Shown here in pieces: positions 62,858-64,000 of a stretch of 64,000 bases of DNA (positions are counted from its first letter, which is position 1; every line of letters starts with the position of its first letter). Source of the stretch: Naegleria gruberi (lineage: Eukaryota). Where the stretch lies: NCBI GenBank assembly GCA_000004985.1, contig GG738846.1; one strand, given 5' to 3'. The notes beneath the pieces were generated by a model. That model had not been told where the DNA came from. It was given only the letters and a program-made list of their open reading frames with translations, and did no database searches. A program made the translations under genes and the position numbers.

Positions 62858-64000
62858 ATGTATCATACAACAACGAGTCTGAGGAAATTTATTGCCTCTA
62901 CCTCCAATGTTGCATCGCCAGGAAATCAATTAGGTGATTTATTGATCAATACAATTTGTAGTAGTAATAATAATAGGAGAGGATATCATGCAATGGTATC
63001 CGTTCTAATGAATCAATTCAATCAACAACACAATCATCACCATCAACAACATTATCAATACAAGTACCATAATGGCCATCATCAACAGTACTATCAACAA
63101 CAACAACAACCAACACCAACATCATCATCAGAGGAGAATGTTGTTGATCATCTCGTTTCTGATCTCAGGAGGGAAAGAAGGAGGAATAAGAGAAACAAAT
63201 TTGCAATCCTCTTGCTATTCATCAGTCTTGGATTGTTGTCGTATGAATATTGGCAATTGAGACAAGCCTATGATCAACGACATGGTTTTGAGGATTTAAA
63301 CAAATTATTCAGGAATGAACCATCTAGATTGGAGGCTTACTTGCCACCATGGATTCAAGAGAATTTAAAGAAGGCAAGTGACAAGGTTGATGTAGAATCG
63401 GAGGAAGTTAAAAAGTGGGTCAATATTGCAAAGAATTTGAAAAATCAAAAGGAATACGAAGATGCTATTAGAATCTTGGAGAATATCTTGTGGAAATATC
63501 CATCAAATTTTCAGGCAAGAGAATTGTACGGACTAATCTTCCTTGATAGAGCAGCTTTTCGTCCTGCTTTGAGACAATTTGAATTGGCAGCAACCTATGC
63601 CACCTCTTCAAACTCAGAGGCATCATGCTACAATAATATTGGTGTCTGCTTCTCAAGACTGAAGCTTGATAAGGAGGCTGTTGAGGCCTATGATAAGGCT
63701 CTCAATATTGCCCAATTTGATGCCAAGAATAGAGGATTATTCTATTTTAACAGAGCCATTTCTCACAACGCATTGGGAAATTTTCAATTGGCCATTCATG
63801 ATTACACTAGATCGATTCAATTTGATGAGCATGACCAATCATTCCTCTCCAAAAAATACAAATTCAGATCTGTTTGTTACAATACTCTCAAACAATACCA
63901 AAAAGCACTCGATGATTTGAATCTTTCCATTCAACACTACCAAGAAGATAAAACCAGTGCTAACAATCCCAGTATTGGAGCAGAGCTCTATTTTTTCAGA
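62858..64000 (+). CDS. TPR-repeat protein with an N-terminal Q/H/Y-rich region and a single TM anchor. Partial: it runs off the 3' end of the window and is not in the ORF track because it has no stop.
   Basis: It is open from aaaaaATG at 62858 to the window end (381 codons). A basic stretch (RRERRRNKRNKF) is followed by a TM helix (AILLLFISLGLLSYEYW) and then ≥5 TPR-like repeats (A..Y...I.......A......A......P......G). The topology is Tom70/Tom20-like. Confidence 0.6.
   Translation, partial: MYHTTTSLRKFIASTSNVASPGNQLGDLLINTICSSNNNRRGYHAMVSVLMNQFNQQHNHHHQQHYQYKYHNGHHQQYYQQQQQPTPTSSSEENVVDHLVSDLRRERRRNKRNKFAILLLFISLGLLSYEYWQLRQAYDQRHGFEDLNKLFRNEPSRLEAYLPPWIQENLKKASDKVDVESEEVKKWVNIAKNLKNQKEYEDAIRILENILWKYPSNFQARELYGLIFLDRAAFRPALRQFELAATYATSSNSEASCYNNIGVCFSRLKLDKEAVEAYDKALNIAQFDAKNRGLFYFNRAISHNALGNFQLAIHDYTRSIQFDEHDQSFLSKKYKFRSVCYNTLKQYQKALDDLNLSIQHYQEDKTSANNPSIGAELYFFR

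Noticed and set aside
1-64000. Prokaryotic interpretation (operons, defence islands, CRISPR, mobile elements).
   Set aside because: Gene content is exclusively eukaryotic (HSP90 MEDVD, CK1, TFIIE, PEX1, CKS1, NPL4, VPS53), with spliceosomal introns and A-rich Kozak-like contexts. There are no direct-repeat/spacer arrays and no transposase or integrase ORFs.
1-64000. tRNA or rRNA genes.
   Set aside because: I scanned for GGTTCGAATCC / TTCGA T-loop-like boxes, clover-leaf GC-rich ~72-nt blocks and rDNA-like GC-rich stretches. None were found, and the intergenic regions are uniformly AT-rich except for the 11300-11530 island.

Overview
This is a 64 kb, AT-rich (~35% GC) nuclear contig from a gene-dense unicellular eukaryote, not a prokaryote. 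Evidence for that: many confident eukaryotic orthologs (HSP90 ending MEDVD, CK1, NPL4, VPS53, PEX1, CKS1, TFIIE-alpha, Rho GTPase, DEAD-box helicase, Swc5/BCNT, DnaJ), A-rich 'aaaaATG' start contexts, N/Q/T/S-rich low-complexity tracts, and at least 15 very short spliceosomal introns. The introns are 39-160 nt (plus one ~335 nt), with GTAAGT, GTATGT or GTTTGT donors and (T/A)AG acceptors. They stitch together many of the separate ORFs in the supplied track.

The yeast-like codon bias (TTG, AGA, AAG, CCA), mini-introns and domain repertoire fit a free-living amoeboid or heterolobosean protist (Naegleria-like) or a non-discoideum amoebozoan. This is inference only. No rRNA, tRNA, CRISPR array or classical transposon was found.

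About 38 protein-coding genes are supported. Notable ones:
- a ~1150-aa receptor-like kinase whose ectodomain carries Chlamydia-PMP-type GGA repeats;
- a TMC-like channel;
- a SPRY plus isoaspartyl-methyltransferase fusion;
- a secreted RCC1 plus tenascin-type EGF protein;
- a protein with an embedded histone-H4-like fold and an AT-hook;
- two F-box/LRR proteins.

Several genes carry single-base frame breaks, all at homopolymers: a Rho GTPase gene has three, and the RCC1/EGF gene and probably the DEAD-box helicase each have one. Together with two N-gaps, this points to a draft assembly with homopolymer-length errors rather than pseudogenes, but that needs reads to confirm. The two gaps are at 49308-49357, disrupting an MFS transporter, and at 55549-55598, flanked by a diverged ~190-bp inverted repeat.
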